Shown here: in pieces, positions 7,283-10,595 of the stretch | Numbering within the stretch: position 1 is the first letter of the stretch | Layout of the letters: every line of letters starts with the position of its first letter | Origin: a virus | Lineage: Duplodnaviria > Heunggongvirae > Uroviricota > Caudoviricetes | Reading direction: 5' to 3' (one strand) | Length of the DNA stretch: 10,595 nucleotides | IMG/VR virus record: IMGVR_UViG_2740892219_000002 | Notes under the pieces: generated by a model | What the model was told of the DNA's origin: nothing | Database searches by the model: none | Seen by the model: the letters and a program-made list of their open reading frames with translations, nothing else | Position numbers and translations under genes: made by a program

Positions 7283-9194
7283 TCACTCCTCCGGACAGCT
7301 TCGCTGCCAGTTCTTTCAGGGTTGGCCGGGTCGTCTCTTCTTCCCGGGATTTTGCCAGTACAGCCAGATCAAGCTGCCAGCGTTGCACGGACACACGTAA
7401 TGCCGCGTAGGCATACACCAGGCAGTCCAGCGCTTCGTTACGCCGCTTTTTGTTATCCCACAGCAGACGCATCTTTCCTTTTTCCCACTTCTCCACAAGC
7501 TCTTCCGCGACCAGTTGCTGCGCCTCTGTCTGCGAAAAAATCTCCGGATCATCAGGAAAACGGATGGCATACGACGTGGATTCATCCGCAGGCGTGGGAG
7601 CGGCTTTCATACGGGCATAGAGAATTTCTTTTGCGGTGTCTGTCCCCACTTCACACAGATACACACCCCGCTGATTGCGGGTTTTTGGCATGGTGATCAC
7701 CGGCTTGCCATAGACAGATGCGCCTTTTACCGGCAGCACCCGGAAAACACCGTGTTTTTTTGACCTCTGATAAACGATTTCGCCATCGATCCCCCCGATG
7801 TCCCAGCAGACACGGGAAATGGTCATTTCGGTTCCGTCTGCATGGCGGTATTTTTTGTTGATCGCCGCATCCACACGTAACAGCGTCTCTTCCTCATCGG
7901 GACGTCCCATAATGATGATTTTATCCACCAGAAAGGCTTCCTCTCCCGGAGCCCATCCCCAGACATACATCTCAAAACGGTTTCGCTGCGAGTCAATGCC
8001 CGCCGTCAGATAAACCACCCGGGCTGGCACCGCCGCCGTGTAATGCACAACCTTATCCATCAGTACCTGGTGATCGAGTTTTTCGCCCACGGCCTCTTCC
8101 CAGGTCTCGCCCAGCGTGGTGTTAACAAAAGTTTTCAGACCGTTGGGATCTTTCAGTGCATCCAGCCAGTCATAGACAATCTGTACCCAGGTGGTGAACG
8201 GACTGTACGCCGTCCAGATATGGAAAGTGATGGAGCGCGGCGGCGGAATTTCATCCCCCCGGGCGCTGAAAAACATCAGGCCGTCACGGGTCCACATGCT
8301 CGTGTTTTCACAGATCCACCGCCCGTTACTCTGGTCAAGCTCAGACTGATGGATCACACAGCCATGATGCTCACAAAGGTAGAAAACACTTTCTGGCTTA
8401 TTCTTCTCCCACTTAAGACCGAAAGGCGAGGCATCATCGCCAAATTTCAGATACTGCGCCTCCCCACAGTGCGGACAGGGCACGTAAAAACGCATGAAAT
8501 GTGCCGACTCGTTAGCGGCTTTTTCGATCTGGCAGGAGCCTTTGATTTTAGGCGTCGAGCCGCGAATGGATTTTGGCCATACAGAGCCCTCAATACGTTT
8601 ATCCCCCAGCAGGGTTGGCGACCCCTCTTTTTCAACATCCGGTTCGAACGAGGAAAGCTCGTCATAACAGACCACATCCACGGATTTTTCACGGTAGTTT
8701 TTGGCGGCAGCGCCGCCCAGGCACCAGAAGCCCACACCCGATGAAAAGCGTTTCAGCGTGAGAGTATTGTCACGATGTTTACGACCCAGCCATGGGGAAA
8801 GGTCTTTCAGGCATGGCACGTCCCGAATCGTCGCCTCCACGTGAGACTTCATAAAATCTTCAGCGGCAGAATCCGTGGGCTGAAAAAGCAGACTGTTTCG
8901 GGATTTATGCTCAATAAAATACCCGACCACCCCCAGCAACATCTTTGTATAGCCAACACGGGCAGATTTAATCAGATTAACAGTGCGGATCTGATCATTC
9001 CCCATACTGTTCATGATGGCGATCTGGAATGGCAGCGTTTTCCATTCGCCGTCACCGTATGAGGATTCTTTAGGCAGATAATAATTTTGATCAGCCCATT
9101 CAACTGCCGTCATCGGTACAACCCTGACCAGAGGCTGCAGCGCAACCGAAACGGCAGCCATCATATTATTCAGTTGTTGCTCTGATATATTCAT
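7266..9194 (-). CDS. A: Terminase large subunit, lambda gpA-like (642 aa). Start placed at the ATG at 9194.
   Basis: Extensive conservation with lambda gpA as I recall it (TAVEWADQNYYLPKESSY, KSARVGYTKMLLG, HVE.TIRD, KHRDNTLT.KRF, FWCLGG.AAKNYREKSVDV, FLGDKRIEGSVWPKSIRGSTPK, HFMRF.V.CPHCGE.QYLKFGD, YLCEH..CVI.Q.ELD, FHIWTAYSPFTTWVQIV, FVNTTLGETWE, YLTAGIDSQ, GKPV..MP, KKRRNEALDC.VYA.AALR). Length from 9194 is 642 aa against 641 for lambda. Overlaps the end of the Nu1 homologue by 29 nt, as lambda Nu1/A overlap. Confidence 0.93.
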   Translation of the reverse strand: MNISEQQLNNMMAAVSVALQPLVRVVPMTAVEWADQNYYLPKESSYGDGEWKTLPFQIAIMNSMGNDQIRTVNLIKSARVGYTKMLLGVVGYFIEHKSRNSLLFQPTDSAAEDFMKSHVEATIRDVPCLKDLSPWLGRKHRDNTLTLKRFSSGVGFWCLGGAAAKNYREKSVDVVCYDELSSFEPDVEKEGSPTLLGDKRIEGSVWPKSIRGSTPKIKGSCQIEKAANESAHFMRFYVPCPHCGEAQYLKFGDDASPFGLKWEKNKPESVFYLCEHHGCVIHQSELDQSNGRWICENTSMWTRDGLMFFSARGDEIPPPRSITFHIWTAYSPFTTWVQIVYDWLDALKDPNGLKTFVNTTLGETWEEAVGEKLDHQVLMDKVVHYTAAVPARVVYLTAGIDSQRNRFEMYVWGWAPGEEAFLVDKIIIMGRPDEEETLLRVDAAINKKYRHADGTEMTISRVCWDIGGIDGEIVYQRSKKHGVFRVLPVKGASVYGKPVITMPKTRNQRGVYLCEVGTDTAKEILYARMKAAPTPADESTSYAIRFPDDPEIFSQTEAQQLVAEELVEKWEKGKMRLLWDNKKRRNEALDCLVYAYAALRVSVQRWQLDLAVLAKSREEETTRPTLKELAAKLSGGVNGYSR

Positions 9195-9675
9195 CGAGTA
9201 AATCCGGTAATTTATCCCCTGCCCGCGCACACTGATTTGCCCCCTTCGCAATAAGGGTTTTCAGATGGTCAAGATGGCGCGGTGTTAAATCAGGAAACTG
9301 TCGCTGCATGGATAAAGGGATGGAATCAAGCGTACTGGATAACGCCATTGCCAGCTTACTGAGGGCAAAAATACAGAATCCGGTGTCAATAAGCTTTCCT
9401 TCGGACGCCTGATTTTTTAATTGCTGGGCGATTGCCTGTTCTTCGATCAACTTCCATCTGGCAATGAGTAACTTTTCTTCATAGTCGTCTTCGCTATCGC
9501 CATCAGGCACATCGTTTTTACTTCTCCTCAGATACGATATGTAAAAATCACGCCAGGCATCCAGATCCAGTTGTCCTCGCTTATTCGAGACCGGAGCACC
9601 CGGCAATTTCTGCAATCTGCGAAGCTGGCGATCGGTCAGACTCAAATGCCTGGCAACTTCAGTCTGCGTAGCCAC
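9166..9675 (-). CDS. Nu1: Terminase small subunit, lambda gpNu1-like (169 aa). Apparent GTG start at 9675.
   Basis: C-terminal half aligns with lambda Nu1 as I recall it (ETAFC.F.LS...IAS.LD.IPLS.QR.FP.L..RH.D.LK, then ..LP.LL.EYI). The N-terminus has a helix-turn-helix-like segment (EVARHLSLTDRQLRRL). The ORF begins 195 nt from the cos end (lambda: 191). GAGG lies 6 nt upstream of the GTG. The N-terminal region is diverged from lambda. Confidence 0.82.
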   Translation of the reverse strand: MATQTEVARHLSLTDRQLRRLQKLPGAPVSNKRGQLDLDAWRDFYISYLRRSKNDVPDGDSEDDYEEKLLIARWKLIEEQAIAQQLKNQASEGKLIDTGFCIFALSKLAMALSSTLDSIPLSMQRQFPDLTPRHLDHLKTLIAKGANQCARAGDKLPDLLDEYIRATTE

Positions 9676-9722
9676 TCCTCACCTCGCAAAAACTCTTACC
9701 TCACAATCAGCACAAAACCGGT

Positions 9723-9821
9723 CATGTCCGGTTTATATGTCTATTTTTTGCGCATGTCCGGTTCACGGAAAACCTGTTTTTATATTTTTTATGTAGTTAA
9801 CTTGCAGAGAAACCGGACATG
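9723..9821 (-). promoter_or_regulatory. cosB-like region containing three copies of an 11-bp element, CATGTCCGGTT: direct at 9723-9733 and 9753-9763, inverted at 9811-9821. Candidate small-terminase binding sites, analogous to lambda R1, R2 and R3. The A/T-rich stretch between the second and third copies may be an IHF bending site.
   Basis: Repeats seen directly. Arrangement (one inverted copy nearest cosN, A/T-rich spacer, two direct copies, then the Nu1 start) mirrors the lambda cosB layout (established knowledge). I did not find a clean IHF consensus (WATCAANNNNTTR) by eye. Confidence 0.55.
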
Positions 9822-9858
9822 GTTCCCGGAAAATTTTCATAAATAGCGAAAAACCGCG

Positions 9859-9870
9859 AGGTCGCCGCCC
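9859..9870 (-). other. cosN cohesive-end sequence. On the minus strand this reads GGGCGGCGACCT, identical to the 12-nt single-stranded end of lambda DNA.
   Basis: Plus strand 9859-9870 is aggtcgccgccc (seen). The reverse complement of 9826-9870 reads GGGCGGCGACCTCGCGGTTTTTCGCTATTTATGAAAATTTTCCGG, matching the beginning of the lambda genome as I recall it over about 45 nt with one difference. Located 184-195 nt upstream of the Nu1 start, as in lambda. Confidence 0.85.
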
Positions 9871-9945
9871 CGTAGCCTGCCGGATCGCTGGAAAGGACCC
9901 AGCTACTAGCGAATGCCAGTAGCCAAGGTGGGCTGCGGGCTTAAT

Positions 9946-10191
9946 TTAAAGCGGTGTGATTTGCAACCATTCAGACGCACTAATCTCAAAGCGACGTCCG
10001 TTAGACAACTCGATAATCACGGGTAATTCACCTAGCTCCAGCCAGGCGTTTTTTTCCGTTGGAAAACTAACAGTAGAGATCTGGTAATCCAATACGCTTT
10101 CAGCCAGTCGGCAACTTTTAAACACATCACCAAGGGCGGACGCGAAGAATACATTTAGCTCATATTCAATCTGCTCTTTAGCAGCTGTCAT
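9946..10191 (-). CDS. Hypothetical 81-aa protein, the last gene before cos (phage right end). Function unknown; not recognised.
   Basis: Uninterrupted 81-aa ORF with protein-like, acidic composition and no obvious transmembrane segment. Same strand as the late genes. Ribosome-binding site is weak (GAG about 9 nt upstream). The segment looks AT-richer than the structural genes by eye. Confidence 0.5.
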   Translation of the reverse strand: MTAAKEQIEYELNVFFASALGDVFKSCRLAESVLDYQISTVSFPTEKNAWLELGELPVIIELSNGRRFEISASEWLQITPL

Positions 10192-10323
10192 GTTTCTGTC
10201 TCATCAACTTGAATAGGGTAATCAGGAATGGATGCGAACTACAGGTCGTCTGCACCATCTTTCAGATTAAAGCAGCGCCACATTTCGTCAGGGTCAGTAT
10301 TAGCCGACATCTCGTGCACCTGA

Positions 10324-10434
10324 TTAATGTTTGGCGATATTACAACAGGCGTTCAATGAATGCATATTGTAAGCCTCTCGCTCAGGAGAACAGAATCGTT
10401 CCATTATTGAATTAAATTTCTGCGACTCTTTCAT
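10324..10434 (-). CDS. Hypothetical small protein (36 aa, MKESQKFNSIMERFCSPEREAYNMHSLNACCNIAKH) with a near-consensus ribosome-binding site.
   Basis: AGGAGG at 10445-10440 lies 5 nt upstream of the ATG at 10434-10432. The ATG overlaps the TGA of an upstream ORF (TGATG), a typical translational-coupling junction. Too short to judge on composition. Confidence 0.3.
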   Translation of the reverse strand: MKESQKFNSIMERFCSPEREAYNMHSLNACCNIAKH

Positions 10435-10595
10435 CACAACCTCCTGACAAATATACCGTGCGACCGTGGTCGCACGCTCCTGAATACATGCCCTGTTTCT
10501 TCCACCCTCGCACAGGACTGGCGAGCATGAGGGACAAACCCGCGAATCATTAGCGCGGTAAAAACCCGGTGTGCATCGTTTTTGATTATTTCCGC
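10434..10595 (-). CDS. 3' end of an ORF that enters from beyond the window edge (C-terminus ...AEIIKNDAHRVFTALMIRGFVPHARQSCARVEETGHVFRSVRPRSHGIFVRRL), stop TGA at 10436-10434. Identity unknown.
   Basis: Minus-strand frame is open from the window edge to the TGA that overlaps the start of the 36-aa ORF. Coding status is uncertain: the composition is Arg-rich and could be a chance open frame. Confidence 0.2.
   Translation of the reverse strand, partial: AEIIKNDAHRVFTALMIRGFVPHARQSCARVEETGHVFRSVRPRSHGIFVRRL
10458..10475. promoter_or_regulatory. Perfect 8-bp inverted repeat with a 2-bp spacer (GTGCGACC-GT-GGTCGCAC), immediately upstream of a TATATT -10-like hexamer (minus strand, 10455-10450) and the AGGAGG site. 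Operator-like.
   Basis: Palindrome and -10-like hexamer seen directly. No good -35 hexamer at 17-bp spacing. Function is inference. Confidence 0.3.

Noticed and set aside
9195-9251. Longer N-terminal extensions offered by the ORF track (A from TTG at 9251, V from 790, Z from 1804, FII from 2139, FI from GTG at 2518).
   Set aside because: In each case an internal ATG with a ribosome-binding site gives a protein whose N-terminus and length match the lambda homologue. The extensions would overlap the upstream gene extensively and lack matching residues.
10239-10310. 23-aa minus-strand ORF (MSANTDPDEMWRCFNLKDGADDL) in the gap between the 36-aa and 81-aa ORFs.
   Set aside because: Very short, weak ribosome-binding site, nothing recognisable. 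Kept only as a note inside the accessory-segment finding.
10209-10415. Plus-strand 68-aa ORF in the cos-proximal segment.
   Set aside because: It starts with TTG and has no ribosome-binding site. The translation (e.g. WRYYNRRSMNAYCKP) is not protein-like. It is antisense to the better-supported minus-strand small ORFs and runs against the direction of all neighbouring genes.
9946-10434. Idea that the 36-aa and 81-aa ORFs (same frame) are fragments of one gene broken by a nonsense mutation, i.e. a pseudogene.
   Set aside because: The frame between them contains at least two stop codons (10326-10324, and another about 21 nt further downstream on the minus strand), so a single point mutation cannot explain it. 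Nothing supports an ancestral fused gene.
1-10595. CRISPR arrays, tRNA or rRNA genes, insertion sequences, integrase or attachment site.
   Set aside because: I found no regularly spaced direct repeats with spacers, no cloverleaf-like tRNA candidates in the few intergenic gaps, and no transposase or integrase-like ORFs. The window is almost fully occupied by the structural operon.

Overview
This window is almost entirely the late (morphogenesis) module of a lambda-like siphophage or prophage, encoded on the minus strand. Reading 5'->3' on the minus strand (high to low coordinates), it runs: a short AT-richer segment with small ORFs at the phage right end, then a lambda-type cos site (cosN 9859-9870, with the Nu1-binding region between cosN and the first gene), then homologues of lambda Nu1, A, W, B, C (with nested Nu3-like scaffold), D, E, FI, FII, Z, U and V. 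A probable start of the next tail gene (G-like) sits at positions 4-2 and runs off the window. Gene order, sizes, start/stop overlaps and protein motifs all match the lambda head-tail cluster. I see no tRNA, rRNA, CRISPR array, transposase or integrase. Family assignments rest on my recollection of the lambda proteins and on synteny; I could not run any search. The only place where something accessory or undescribed could plausibly sit is the cos-proximal segment at 9871-10595: an 81-aa ORF, a 36-aa ORF with a strong ribosome-binding site, an upstream ORF that enters from beyond the window, and an operator-like palindrome. The rest is a conventional structural module with a few notable details: a triplicated scaffold repeat in the C/Nu3 homologue, a 22-bp perfect palindrome between D and E, a terminator-like hairpin after E, and apparent mosaicism between tail and head genes.
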